32,000 nt of DNA from Cylindrospermopsis raciborskii Cr2010 (GTDB lineage: Bacteria > Cyanobacteriota > Cyanobacteriia > Cyanobacteriales > Nostocaceae): positions 270,001-302,000 of the forward strand of contig NZ_CP065936.1 of the NCBI RefSeq assembly GCF_003367075.2, written 5' to 3'. A model generated the notes under the pieces. It did no database searches, had not been told where the DNA came from, and saw nothing but the letters and a program-made list of their open reading frames with translations. Every line of letters begins with the position of its first letter. The stretch's first letter is position 1. Positions 11,047 to 21,212 of this stretch are shown one piece after another. Both the position numbers and the translations under genes were made by a program.

Positions 11047-11592
11047 ATGAAAGTAAGCAAGACAGAAATTCCAGACGTGCTACTAATTGAACCACAGGTT
11101 TTTGGTGATGAGCGAGGTTTTTTCTATGAGAGTTTTAATGAAAAGCTCTTTACAGAAAAAACGGGAATATCTCCTCACTTTGTTCAGGATAATCACTCTC
11201 GCTCTGGCAAAAATGTGCTGCGAGGGTTACACTATCAGATTCAGCAACCGCAAGGAAAATTAGTTCGTGTTGCAGCTGGTGAAGTTTTTGATATTGCTGT
11301 GGATTTAAGGAAGAGTTCCCCTACCTTTTCTCAATGGGTAGGTGTGTATTTATCATCAGCTAATAAGCATCAACTTTGGATTCCACCGGGTTTTGCCCAT
11401 GGTTTTTTAGTTCTATCAGAATATGCAGATTTCTTGTATAAAACTACGGATTATTATGCACCAGAATATGACCGAGGTATTTTATGGAACGATCCAGATT
11501 TAGCTATTTCTTGGCCAATTGGGGATGAACCAATTGTTTCCTCCAAGGATAAATCTGGAAAATTATTTTTCCAAGTGGAGGTTTACCCATGA
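11047..11592 (+). CDS. rfbC: dTDP-4-dehydrorhamnose 3,5-epimerase
   Basis: FGDERGFFYESFNEKLF, FVQDNHSRSGKNVLRGLHYQ, WIPPGFAHGFLVLSE. Confidence 0.97.
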   Translation: MKVSKTEIPDVLLIEPQVFGDERGFFYESFNEKLFTEKTGISPHFVQDNHSRSGKNVLRGLHYQIQQPQGKLVRVAAGEVFDIAVDLRKSSPTFSQWVGVYLSSANKHQLWIPPGFAHGFLVLSEYADFLYKTTDYYAPEYDRGILWNDPDLAISWPIGDEPIVSSKDKSGKLFFQVEVYP

Positions 11593-12500
11593 AAATTCTT
11601 TTAACTGGTATTTCTGGTCAGGTAGGTTGGGAATTACAACGCAGTTTGATGACTGTGGGGGATGTGATTTGTTTAGGGAGAAATGAATTAGACTTATCCC
11701 GATATGAAACAATTCCCTCCACAATTAGGGAGATAAAACCAGATTTAATTGTCAATCCTGCTGCTTATACTGCGGTGGATAAAGCAGAATCAGAACCAGA
11801 TTTAGCTATGTCTATTAATGGTGTTGCTCCCGGTATTCTTGCTGAGGAAGCAAAAAGGTTAGGAGCTGGTATCATTCACTATTCTACCGATTATGTTTTT
11901 GATGGCCATCAAAATATTCCCCATAAGGAAAACGACCAAACCTCTCCACAAAATGTCTATGGAAAAACTAAGTTAGCAGGGGAAAAAGCTATTCAAGCTG
12001 TTGGCGTAAATCACCTGATTTTTCGTACTAGTTGGGTTTATGGTTTAAGAGGTAAGAATTTTTTATTGACTATGCAAAGATTAGCCAAAGAAAGAGAAGA
12101 AATTCGAGTGGTTGATGACCAAATTGGGTCACCTACTTGGAGCAGGATGATCGCAGAAGTAACCGCCCAAATCATTGCCCAAATTCGCGGTCAAATGGTG
12201 ATTTCAGGTACTAGTTATCTGGCTGATTTTATGGCTGAGAAAGGGGGGATATATCACCTATCCTGTGGGGGAAAAACCAGTTGGTACAGTTTTGCCAAAG
12301 CTATTCTCATCGATAAATTTGCTGATGATCAATATGGTCAATACAAGTTACAAAGGTTAGTGCCAATCACTACACCAGAATACCCCACACCCGCACCCAG
12401 ACCTAGTTGTTCTCTATTGGATAACCAAAAATTATTGGATACTTTTGGTTTGAAAATATCAAATTGGCAAGAGGTTTTAGATTTGGCTCTGGATAGTTAG
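11589..12500 (+). CDS. rfbD: dTDP-4-dehydrorhamnose reductase
   Basis: MKILLTGISGQVGWELQRSL, YSTDYVFDGH, FRTSWVYGLRGKNFLLTM; 4-nt ATGA overlap with rfbC. Confidence 0.95.
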   Translation: MKILLTGISGQVGWELQRSLMTVGDVICLGRNELDLSRYETIPSTIREIKPDLIVNPAAYTAVDKAESEPDLAMSINGVAPGILAEEAKRLGAGIIHYSTDYVFDGHQNIPHKENDQTSPQNVYGKTKLAGEKAIQAVGVNHLIFRTSWVYGLRGKNFLLTMQRLAKEREEIRVVDDQIGSPTWSRMIAEVTAQIIAQIRGQMVISGTSYLADFMAEKGGIYHLSCGGKTSWYSFAKAILIDKFADDQYGQYKLQRLVPITTPEYPTPAPRPSCSLLDNQKLLDTFGLKISNWQEVLDLALDS

Positions 12501-12516
12501 TTTAATAATCTTTCTT

Positions 12517-14085
12517 TTAGTCTTGATCCTCCTCCTCTAAATCCAAATCGCTATTTTCTAAAGCCTGATGGGGAATAGCTGCTATAATAGCATCTATAAC
12601 TTTAGAAACTTCTAATATTTCTATCTTTAAGTCAGGAAACTTCTGTCCCTTGGGTATGATTGCTCGTTTAAATCCTAATTTTGCAGCTTCCTTTAATCTC
12701 AGCTCCATTTGGGACACTGACCTTACTTGTCCCCCTAACCCTACTTCCCCTATTAATACTGTTTGCGGATCAACTATTCTATCTCGAAAACTAGCAACAA
12801 TCGCAACTGCAATCCCTAAATCAACCGCAGGTTCTTCTACGCTTAAACCTCCCGCAGATGCAACATAAGAATCTAGCTTTGACATGGGCACCCCCACTCT
12901 TTTTTCTAACACAGCTAGGATTTGTACTAATCGGTTAAAGTCTATGCCTGTTCCAGCTCTACGGGGTGAAGGGTAACTTGTAGGACTAACTAAGGCTTGT
13001 AGTTCCACAACTATTGGTCTTGTACCCTCACAAGCAACTACAATAGCAGTACCGGGAGAGGGTTCATCCCGATTTCCCAGGAATAACTCCGAGGGATTAG
13101 GGACTTCTCTTAACCCATTAGACACCATTTCAAATATACCAATTTCATGGGTAGCTCCGAAACGATTTTTTACGGTTCTTAATAATCTATGGGAAGCAAA
13201 GCGATCGCCCTCAAAATATAAAACCGTATCGACTAGGTGTTCTAAAACTCTTGGTCCAGCAATAGTCCCCTCTTTAGTAACATGACCCACAATTAACATG
13301 GTAATATCTTCATGTTTGGCGACTTTCATCAAAGCTGCGGTACATTCCCGAACTTGAGCTACGGAACCAGGAGCAGATGTGAGTGCAGGAAAGAAAACAG
13401 TTTGTATACTGTCAATTACTGCTAGATTTGGCTTGAGAGAGTCAATTTCTCGGAGAATTTCTTCTAAATCTGTTTCCGGAAGGACATACAAGTCAGAGCT
13501 GATGGTGTGGTGTTCCACGGTAACCCTCTGGTCATCTTCCACAGCATCCTCAACATTATTCCCCGGATCTTGTTCAGGTAGTGGGTGAGAACTTTCCGAG
13601 CTTGTGTTGATATCCTCTACGGAAACCACCTGGAGAGGTTTGGACATTCCTAAACGAGAAGCGCGTAATTTTACCTGTTGTCCTGATTCTTCTCCCGTCA
13701 CATAAAGAATACGGTATCGCTGGGATAGTTCATTAGATACTTGGAGTAATAGGGTAGATTTGCCAATACCCGGATCTCCACCAATGAGAACCATAGATCC
13801 GGGAACTACACCACCACCAAGTACTCTATCCAACTCCGAATATCCCGATTCCCATCGAGCAATTTGGCGATCGCTAATTTGGTCAAAAGTCAATGATGCT
13901 CTGGGTTTAGAAGGCTTAGTGGATTTAGCAGCTGGTTGAGCGCTGTGCCAACCACCCACACCTAAGGAATTGGCATTTTGTTCCACGAGAGAATCATAGG
14001 TGTCACAATTAGAACATTTGCCAAACCATTGGGAGAACTCAGACCCACAATTACTGCAAATAAAAATCGTCTTTGGCTTTGCCAT
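12517..14085 (-). CDS. radA: DNA repair protein RadA/Sms
   Basis: N-terminal zinc finger FICSNCGSEFSQWFGKCSNC, Walker A GDPGIGKSTLLLQ, KNRFG motif, Lon-like C-terminal domain. Confidence 0.97.
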   Translation of the reverse strand: MAKPKTIFICSNCGSEFSQWFGKCSNCDTYDSLVEQNANSLGVGGWHSAQPAAKSTKPSKPRASLTFDQISDRQIARWESGYSELDRVLGGGVVPGSMVLIGGDPGIGKSTLLLQVSNELSQRYRILYVTGEESGQQVKLRASRLGMSKPLQVVSVEDINTSSESSHPLPEQDPGNNVEDAVEDDQRVTVEHHTISSDLYVLPETDLEEILREIDSLKPNLAVIDSIQTVFFPALTSAPGSVAQVRECTAALMKVAKHEDITMLIVGHVTKEGTIAGPRVLEHLVDTVLYFEGDRFASHRLLRTVKNRFGATHEIGIFEMVSNGLREVPNPSELFLGNRDEPSPGTAIVVACEGTRPIVVELQALVSPTSYPSPRRAGTGIDFNRLVQILAVLEKRVGVPMSKLDSYVASAGGLSVEEPAVDLGIAVAIVASFRDRIVDPQTVLIGEVGLGGQVRSVSQMELRLKEAAKLGFKRAIIPKGQKFPDLKIEILEVSKVIDAIIAAIPHQALENSDLDLEEEDQD

Positions 14086-14264
14086 GGGTAATATTAAAAA
14101 ACATTAAAATTTGGTCAGGTGCAAGAAAAGGTAAAAGAAGCAAAACTGGTAGGTAGTAGAAATTGCTTTTTTAGCTTTTTTGAATTAATAGGTAGAATGA
14201 TATCTTAATATTATGTATGGTATGAAAATTCCACAAAACAAAATTTAACGGAGAGTAGGAAAAC

Positions 14265-14993
14265 TTGGAAAGTAATAAGGAAAAAATCCTCGTAGTGGAC
14301 GATGAAGCAAGCATTCGGCGGATTTTAGAAACACGCCTTTCCATGATTGGTTATGATGTGGTAACTGCAGGTGATGGAGAAGAGGCTTTGGAAACCTTCC
14401 GCAAAGCGGATCCAGATCTGGTAGTTTTAGACGTGATGATGCCTAAGTTAGATGGTTATGGAGTATGTCAAGAGCTGCGTAAGGAGTCCGATGTCCCCAT
14501 TATCATGCTAACAGCTTTAGGGGATGTAGCTGATCGGATCACAGGTTTAGAATTAGGTGCAGATGACTACGTAGTCAAACCCTTCTCCCCCAAGGAACTG
14601 GAAGCGCGGATTCGTTCAGTTTTACGTAGGGTTGATAAAAATGGGACTACTGGTATTCCCAGTTCCGGGGTAATTCATGTTGGCAACATCAAAATAGATA
14701 CAAATAAGCGACAAGTTTATAAAGGTGATGAACGGATTCGACTAACTGGTATGGAATTTAGTCTATTAGAATTATTAGTAAGTCGTTCTGGAGAGGCATT
14801 TTCCCGTTCTGAGATTTTACAAGAGGTGTGGGGATATACACCAGAGCGTCACGTAGATACTCGGGTGGTAGATGTTCATATTTCTCGGTTGCGAGCTAAA
14901 TTAGAAGATGATCCCAGTAATCCAGAATTAATCTTAACTGCGAGGGGAACAGGTTATCTTTTTCAACGCATCCTAGAAGCAGGGGAAGATTGA
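14265..14993 (+). CDS. rpaB: OmpR-family response regulator, RpaB-like
   Basis: Receiver domain (ILVVDDEASIRRILETRLSMIGYDVV...DLVVLDVMMP) and winged-helix domain (EVWGYTPERHVDTRVVDVHISRLRAKLEDDP). TTG start. Confidence 0.88.
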   Translation: MESNKEKILVVDDEASIRRILETRLSMIGYDVVTAGDGEEALETFRKADPDLVVLDVMMPKLDGYGVCQELRKESDVPIIMLTALGDVADRITGLELGADDYVVKPFSPKELEARIRSVLRRVDKNGTTGIPSSGVIHVGNIKIDTNKRQVYKGDERIRLTGMEFSLLELLVSRSGEAFSRSEILQEVWGYTPERHVDTRVVDVHISRLRAKLEDDPSNPELILTARGTGYLFQRILEAGED

Positions 14994-15655
14994 TGACTAC
15001 TAAATCTGATCCAAACAGAATTTTACGCCTTCTCCCCCTAGTAGTTGGAAGTCTGGGTGCTGTGTTGTTGTTGGTGAATCGTGTGTTGACACCCCAGCTT
15101 ACAGAATCTCAAGCTAGGGGTGATGTTTTGGGGGTGATCCTCAGTGCGGTTTTAATCCTCACTGGACTAATTTGGCAACAAGTACAACCCAAATCCCCTG
15201 ATACTGTGGAACTGATTGGGAAAGAAGGATTTATTCTAGCATCAGATTTACCAGAAACAATCAAGACCGAATTGGCTTGGGCATCCCGTTTATTATTAAC
15301 TAATACAGTTACGCGATCGCTCGTTGTTTATTATAAAGGTGAGGTTCTGTTAAGACGTGGAATTTTAGGTTCTAAAGCAGAGGTAATACCTGGACCCATA
15401 CTAGAAAGAGTTCTGGGGACTCAAAAACCAATTTATTTAGTTGCGCTCAGGGTTTACCCTGGCAAAATTGAATTTGATTATTTACCGGAAAACACACAAG
15501 GGGTAATTTGTCAACCTATTGGTAAAGAGGGGGTACTAATCCTAGGAGCAAATGCTCCCCGTAGTTATACGAAACAGGATGAAAATTGGATTGAGGGTAT
15601 TGCGGACAAATTAGCAGTTACCCTGGAAAACCGAATGGAGCAGCAGTCAAGCTAA
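14990..15655 (+). CDS. Cofactor assembly of complex C (CCB2/CCB4-like) protein
   Basis: 221 aa. The 4-nt overlap with rpaB and the sequence LLPLVVGSLGAVLLLVNRVL...QSQARGDVLGVILSAVLILTGLIWQ resemble the cyanobacterial CCB-like family. Confidence 0.7.
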   Translation: MMTTKSDPNRILRLLPLVVGSLGAVLLLVNRVLTPQLTESQARGDVLGVILSAVLILTGLIWQQVQPKSPDTVELIGKEGFILASDLPETIKTELAWASRLLLTNTVTRSLVVYYKGEVLLRRGILGSKAEVIPGPILERVLGTQKPIYLVALRVYPGKIEFDYLPENTQGVICQPIGKEGVLILGANAPRSYTKQDENWIEGIADKLAVTLENRMEQQSS

Positions 15656-17095
15656 TATGGTTGAAGGTTTAGTTTGAGGTGATAAGCGTTTAACACCCTG
15701 CTTGACAAATATTTCCCATAATGCCAAAGTCTGATTTTCTTGAAATACCCTTTGTAGCACTCGACCTAGTGTTTCCATATTTAACTGGTAGTCAGTTGTT
15801 AAAGCTATGTCTTGCTGTTCAAAGTACTCAATTAAACTTAAACCAGCTATTTTAGTTAAATAGGCCGCGCTGACACCTTCTACCATCCCCCCAGCGAAAA
15901 AGGTAACAGCATTGGTTTTTAAAATACCCGTTACTGCTTTGGTAGATAATTCCACCAGTCCCAACTTGAACATTAGGGTTGCAAGGGTTCTAGCTACTGT
16001 TTGGGCCTGATCGAGGGAGATTTTTTGTTGATAGATATTACCTAAATCCATAACCATTTGACCGGTAATGGCCACAGTTGCTAATATATCCAGAGCGGGT
16101 AGGGGATTAGCAAATGCAGCAGCACCAGCGATCCACTGATTTTGTTCTACAATAGGTAAAGAGCGATCGCGTCTAATAGAATTCAAGCAATTTCTAGCTT
16201 GGGTTTTTAAAAATAGGGACTTACGCCATGTGGTTGCACAAACCAACTGTGGTGCTTGTTGTGCCAAAATCACCTTGAGCTGTTCTACCAACTGTTGAAT
16301 ATTGGCTGTGGGTTGTTCCATACCCTCTTGAATGGATCCATCAGCAAGATGCTTTCTGACCTTTATGGGTAGGGGAGAAGCAGAAATAGGGAGCACATGA
16401 CCGGGGAATGTTTGTTGCAGGGACTGGAGAATAATCGCGCGTTCCTCAGTCATATACTGGTCTTGCTTATTAAAAACTAGTAGAACTAATTGTTGAGTAG
16501 ATCGTAATTTTTGCAAAACGTCTAGTTGGGATGCGGTAAGGTCTCCATTAGTGACAAATAGCACCAAATCAGAGTTTTGTAGTCCTAACAAAATAGCAGC
16601 ATCACCATCCTGACCGAGTTCCGTAAATAAAGGTGATGTTTCCACCAACTCTAAGGGATTAGCAGATAAATTAGATACAGTTTTGAGGAGATGAATTATG
16701 GTACTTTTGCCTACAGACTTACCACCGGTAACCGCCATTTGGACTTCCTTTCTATCTAGCTCCAAAGTCAATTTGGCCAGTTGTTCTTGTAGAGTTGACA
16801 GACTGGGGTGATCAGCTACCTCATTGGCGATTTGGTGAATAATAGATTGGGTTTGACTGATAACAGCTTCCACCTTATTTCTATCTGGTGGACTATCATG
16901 TAGCTGTTCACCGGGTTGATTTTTGCGCAACAACCATAATCCTCCACCAACTGCTAAAGCACCTAACAAACCCAACTCTGCCATTTGTATGATAGAGTCG
17001 TGCCAAGTGTTTAACATCCATAGAGAAAAGGATAATCCTAATCCTCCCACTAATATTGGTTTTTGTAAGTTCACAGTTGCCATTCTCCCGAGCAT
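15647..17095 (-). CDS. GTPase with C-terminal DUF697-type membrane domain
   Basis: Walker A VTGGKSVGKSTIIHLL, NKQD, and a C-terminal LALWEIFVKQGVKRL plus TMs; 482 aa. Confidence 0.8.
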   Translation of the reverse strand: MLGRMATVNLQKPILVGGLGLSFSLWMLNTWHDSIIQMAELGLLGALAVGGGLWLLRKNQPGEQLHDSPPDRNKVEAVISQTQSIIHQIANEVADHPSLSTLQEQLAKLTLELDRKEVQMAVTGGKSVGKSTIIHLLKTVSNLSANPLELVETSPLFTELGQDGDAAILLGLQNSDLVLFVTNGDLTASQLDVLQKLRSTQQLVLLVFNKQDQYMTEERAIILQSLQQTFPGHVLPISASPLPIKVRKHLADGSIQEGMEQPTANIQQLVEQLKVILAQQAPQLVCATTWRKSLFLKTQARNCLNSIRRDRSLPIVEQNQWIAGAAAFANPLPALDILATVAITGQMVMDLGNIYQQKISLDQAQTVARTLATLMFKLGLVELSTKAVTGILKTNAVTFFAGGMVEGVSAAYLTKIAGLSLIEYFEQQDIALTTDYQLNMETLGRVLQRVFQENQTLALWEIFVKQGVKRLSPQTKPSTILA

Positions 17096-17158
17096 TATTT
17101 TTTAGAATATCTCAAAATCAACCACTAAAGTGATTTCCAGTGGCAATTCCGGTAGTTG

Positions 17159-18199
17159 CTATGGATTTTTTGATAACTGTTTAAAGAAATTATATATCTC
17201 TGGCAACCTGCTATATACAGCAGATACCTTTAAATAGAGTTTATGAGGGAGAGCAGGTGAACCTGAGACTATTTCTCCCGGTGCAATATCGCCATGAACA
17301 CCAGCTTGGGCGCTAACAATTGCTCCATCCCCTATTTTTACCTGATTGGCAATTCCCGTTTGTCCCGCTAGAATGACCCGGTTCCCCACTTTTACACCCC
17401 CAGCTATTCCCGCTTGACCAGCAATAGCACAACCTGAACCAATTTGACAACCGTGACCAATTTGCACTAAATTGTCAATTTTAGTGTGTTTACCAATACG
17501 TGTTTCCCCCACCGCTGGACGATCCACCGCACTGTTACAACCTATTTCCACCCCATCCTCCAATACTGTATAACCAGACTGTTCCATTTTTAACCAGCCT
17601 GTTGTAGTGGGAACAAAACCAAATCCTTCAGCACCAATCACAGTACCACTGTGGATTACACAGTCCGCACCAATTTGACTGCGTTCATGAATGGCACAAT
17701 TGGCATGTAAAACCGTGCGATCGCCTATTTTTACATCTGGATAAATAACTACATTGGGATAAATAAAGACACCATTACCAATTTCTGTATTAGCAAGTAT
17801 GACTACATGGGGGCCAATATAGACATGATCACCGATTTTAACACTAGGGTCAATTACAGCGGTGGGGTGAATGGAGGGGGAGGGTTTATATGGTTGATAG
17901 AATAGGGAGATAGTCTGTGCAAACAATAGACGGGGTTGGGGGGTTGCTAACCAGGCCATACCCTGAGCAGTAGCTTGCTGATGCAATTTTTCATCTAGGG
18001 GTAAAATCAACACACTAGCTTTTGTGGAGGTAAGCAAGGAGGCAAATTTTGGTCCTTCCACATAGCTGATAGTACCCGCTTGTGCTTCGTCTATAGCAGC
18101 AACTCCCCTAATTTCAGGATTCAGTTCTGGGTGGGAGGTCAAACTGTGGGATGTAATATTGTTTTGGAGTTTATCCACAACTTGGCTGAAAGATATCAT
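17159..18199 (-). CDS. lpxD: UDP-3-O-acylglucosamine N-acyltransferase
   Basis: Left-handed beta-helix hexapeptide repeats and HSGTVIGAEGFGFVPTTTGWLKMEQ. Confidence 0.93.
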   Translation of the reverse strand: MISFSQVVDKLQNNITSHSLTSHPELNPEIRGVAAIDEAQAGTISYVEGPKFASLLTSTKASVLILPLDEKLHQQATAQGMAWLATPQPRLLFAQTISLFYQPYKPSPSIHPTAVIDPSVKIGDHVYIGPHVVILANTEIGNGVFIYPNVVIYPDVKIGDRTVLHANCAIHERSQIGADCVIHSGTVIGAEGFGFVPTTTGWLKMEQSGYTVLEDGVEIGCNSAVDRPAVGETRIGKHTKIDNLVQIGHGCQIGSGCAIAGQAGIAGGVKVGNRVILAGQTGIANQVKIGDGAIVSAQAGVHGDIAPGEIVSGSPALPHKLYLKVSAVYSRLPEIYNFFKQLSKNP

Positions 18200-18263
18200 A
18201 ATTTGACAGATGTTATTTTATTACCTTGTTAATAATTACCTATTATAACTCATCCTCTTGTAT

Positions 18264-19505
18264 CTACATACCCATTGCACATCCGGCTAAATATGCAGTA
18301 GTCCAAGCGCTTTGAAAATTAAATCCCCCCGTAATGCCATCTATATCCAAAATTTCTCCTGCAAAGTATAAACCGGGGACTATCTTACTTTCCATGGTTT
18401 TAAAATCTACCTCTTTTAAGTCTACACCTCCGCAGGTGACAAACTCTTCTTTAAATTCACCTTTACCGGTTATTACATATTCTCCTCTATGGACTTCTTG
18501 TGCTAACTGATTTAACACCTTACTACTTATTTCTGCCCAACGTTCTTCCACACTAATATTTACTCGGTCGATTAAATATTGCCATAGTCGGTGAGGTAAA
18601 TCTACACCACGATGGAGTGCTATGGCTTTTTTCCCCCATTCTTGTTTCACATCTAAAAGCTTTTGTTTTACTTCCTCTAGGGATAAATCTGGCAACCAAT
18701 TAATGTATAATTTCCCCTGGTAGCGGTTTTCGTATAGTAATCTAGCACCATAAGCGGAAAGTTTTAATATTGCAGGTCCGCTCACACCCCAATGGGTAAC
18801 TAATAAAGATCCCGTTTGTTTTAAAACACCTTTTTCCTGTAAAGACAAAGTTAAACTGACAGAATTAACACTAATTCCAGACAAAGACTGTAGTTTAGGA
18901 TCGGTAATTTTGAAACTGAATAGGGAAGGTACCGGACTCTCAATATGGTGTCCTAAAGCGCGAGCAATCTTATAACCAACTAAACCACTACCTGTAGCTA
19001 AAAGCAAGCGATCGCAATACAGGGAATACACATCCCCAGCTGATTTGCAATCAATTTTAAATTGTCCATTCTGACGCTCTACAGAAACCACGGAAGTGCG
19101 AGTTTTTAGTCTTACCCCCCCATGAGCTGCAAACTTAATTAAGCATTCAGCAATAGTTTCAGATCGGTCAGTAATAGGAAAAACCCTTCCATCCGCTTCA
19201 GTCTTTAATTTCACTCCATGTTCCTCAAACCAAGCGATCGTGTCCTGGGGTTGAAATCGACTAAAAGCACCACGTAACGCCTTACTCCCTCTTGGATAAT
19301 TTTGGACTAAATCTTGAGGAACAAAACAGGCATTGGTCACATTACAACGTCCACCACCGGAAATCAGTACCTTAGCAAGGGGTTCCAAACCTGCTTCTAA
19401 GAGGGTGACTTGAGCTTGAGAATTGGTCTTAGTACAGGCGATCGCACCAAAGAATCCCGCTGCTCCACCTCCAACAACCACAATTTCTAATGACGACAAT
19501 TTCAA
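18264..19505 (-). CDS. HI0933-family NAD(P)/FAD-dependent oxidoreductase
   Basis: VVVGGGAAGFFGAIA, KVLISGGGRCNVTNACF, GLYFAGEILDIDGITGGFNFQSAWTTAYLAG. Confidence 0.92.
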   Translation of the reverse strand: MKLSSLEIVVVGGGAAGFFGAIACTKTNSQAQVTLLEAGLEPLAKVLISGGGRCNVTNACFVPQDLVQNYPRGSKALRGAFSRFQPQDTIAWFEEHGVKLKTEADGRVFPITDRSETIAECLIKFAAHGGVRLKTRTSVVSVERQNGQFKIDCKSAGDVYSLYCDRLLLATGSGLVGYKIARALGHHIESPVPSLFSFKITDPKLQSLSGISVNSVSLTLSLQEKGVLKQTGSLLVTHWGVSGPAILKLSAYGARLLYENRYQGKLYINWLPDLSLEEVKQKLLDVKQEWGKKAIALHRGVDLPHRLWQYLIDRVNISVEERWAEISSKVLNQLAQEVHRGEYVITGKGEFKEEFVTCGGVDLKEVDFKTMESKIVPGLYFAGEILDIDGITGGFNFQSAWTTAYLAGCAMGM

Positions 19506-20134
19506 AGCACACCATTCCAGCTATTACAACGGTTCATGGCCTTTTCCACCCCTTGCTTCAAGGTCAATTCCACACATTCCACCACAAATGCCAAAATCGG
19601 ATCAATTAATTTTGCTTCCTGGGGGGAAAACTTTCCCAAAACATGAGAAACCGTATCACCATCATCATTATTGGGTAAATTCTTGGGTTTACCAATACCA
19701 ATACGTAACCGGGGAAAGTTTTGACTATTCAAATGAGAAATAGTGCTTTTCATACCATTGTGTCCACCAGCGGATCCAGATAAACGAAGACGAATCTTTC
19801 CCAAAGGCAAATCCATATCATCATAAATTACCAACACCGATTCAGGTGGCAACTTGTACCAACTAGTAACTGCTTGAATAGACTCACCAGAACGATTCAT
19901 ATAGGTTAGCGGTTTCAAAATCCTAATTTTCTTACTTCCCATCGCTAAACCCTCCCCAAACTGTCCTTGAAACTTCCGATTTTCCGTTACAGGAATATGC
20001 CAATTACGGGAAATAGCATCAATAGCAGCAAAACCAATATTATGTCGTGTTTGGTCATACTTAGGCTCAGGATTGCCTAACCCAACTATGAGCTGGGGAA
20101 TAACCAAAGTAGGTGGAGTAATAACTTCTATCAT
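19502..20134 (-). CDS. pth: Peptidyl-tRNA hydrolase
   Basis: LIVGLGNPEPKYDQTRHNIGFAAIDAI, FLKPLTYMNRSGESI, GKIRLRLSGSAGGHNGMKSI-like core; 4-nt overlap with the next gene. Confidence 0.95.
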   Translation of the reverse strand: MIEVITPPTLVIPQLIVGLGNPEPKYDQTRHNIGFAAIDAISRNWHIPVTENRKFQGQFGEGLAMGSKKIRILKPLTYMNRSGESIQAVTSWYKLPPESVLVIYDDMDLPLGKIRLRLSGSAGGHNGMKSTISHLNSQNFPRLRIGIGKPKNLPNNDDGDTVSHVLGKFSPQEAKLIDPILAFVVECVELTLKQGVEKAMNRCNSWNGVL

Positions 20135-20141
20135 CCGATTA

Positions 20142-20393
20142 TTAGGAATGCTTCTGCTCCTTACTAGACTCTATTTGTTTCGGTTCAATTTCAGCAGTGG
20201 TCTTAATAGTCTCCTCCAGTTGTTGAACTTCTTTTTTAAACTCATTTTGAAACTCACTAGAAGCTTGTTGGAAACTACGAATAGTTTTGGCCAAGCTGCG
20301 ACCAATTTCCGGTAGTTTCTTGGGTCCAAAAATTAACAAAGCTACCACCCCAATCACAACCATTTCCGGTAGACCAATACCAAATATATTCAT
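20142..20393 (-). CDS. tatA: Sec-independent protein translocase TatA/TatE-like
   Basis: MNIFGIGLPEMVVIGVVALLIFGPKKLPEIGRSLAKTIRSFQ signature. Confidence 0.93.
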   Translation of the reverse strand: MNIFGIGLPEMVVIGVVALLIFGPKKLPEIGRSLAKTIRSFQQASSEFQNEFKKEVQQLEETIKTTAEIEPKQIESSKEQKHS

Positions 20394-20500
20394 AAAACCT
20401 CACAGTAATTGAACAATTATTTACTTCAACCCTAACAGATTAGACATAAAACTGCTTGTACTTTGACAATCATTTTTGGAGCAGCAAAAATGCAAGGAAT

Positions 20501-20534
20501 CCGTCCCCGCTACTTGAGTAGTAACCGGAGACGG
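20501..20534 (-). terminator. Hairpin downstream of psbH
   Basis: CCGTC...GACGG outer arms with an inner CTAC-ttga-GTAG stem, 39 nt after the psbH stop codon. Confidence 0.5.
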
Positions 20535-20572
20535 AAATTTCAACCTAAGTTTTTGATTGACATGGATAGAAA

Positions 20573-20776
20573 TCAGCCACCCAAACTGCGCCAGTCTACA
20601 AGCACGTCTTGAATCAACAAAGATTTGTTGTAGACCTGCAGAATAATAAGCAAGAATACGAAAAACAAACCCATAAAAACAGCCATTAAAGGAGTTGTAC
20701 CCCAACCAGGAGCTACCTTACCATATTCAGCGTTTAAGGGTCTGAGGATATCTCCCAATTTAGTCCGTTGTGCCAT
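20573..20776 (-). CDS. psbH: Photosystem II reaction center protein H
   Basis: [53 protein letters not shown]. Confidence 0.98.
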   Translation of the reverse strand: MAQRTKLGDILRPLNAEYGKVAPGWGTTPLMAVFMGLFFVFLLIILQVYNKSLLIQDVLVDWRSLGG

Positions 20777-21020
20777 AGTTCACCTAAGATCAGTTGCCAA
20801 AACTTTTTTTTAATTTTCTTATTCCCTATTGTAGGGTGCTGCAATATTTCAGCAGTATTGTAACCTTACATGGGATAATTCTGACTATGAAGATAATACC
20901 ACTATCCGGGTCACGTAGTTGACTGTTCTGTAGGAAAACTGAAAGTTTTGTAATTCAGGTTTAATTAGAGTTAAGTTTTGTAATATATTATAACATATCT
21001 CATAACATAACTTTAAAATC

Positions 21021-21158
21021 ATGGACTTAGACCCCGGTTTAGTGCTAGGTGTTTCCTTTAGTGCCATTCTCGTTGCTATCACTGCTATGGCCATATACAC
21101 ATCCTTCGGCCCACCCAGTAAAGAACTAGCAGATCCTTTTGAGGATCATGAGGATTAG
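21021..21158 (+). CDS. psbN: PsbN, photosystem II assembly-related protein (45 aa; missing from the supplied ORF track because of its length)
   Basis: Translated by hand: [45 protein letters not shown]. Opposite strand to psbH, as is usual. Confidence 0.96.
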   Translation: MDLDPGLVLGVSFSAILVAITAMAIYTSFGPPSKELADPFEDHED

Positions 21159-21178
21159 AAGCACAATCAAGAATAGAT

Positions 21179-21199
21179 AAGGGGGTTTTATCCCCTTTC
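21179..21199. terminator. Terminator-like hairpin between psbN and the convergent mannosidase gene
   Basis: AAGGGG-gttttat-CCCCTT with a flanking pyrimidine tract. Confidence 0.55.
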
Positions 21200-21212
21200 T
21201 ACTGAGGCAAGT

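Noticed and set aside
12650-13588. Plus-strand ORFs 12650-12868 and 13379-13588
   Set aside because: Antisense to radA; Ser/Thr-rich shadow translations.
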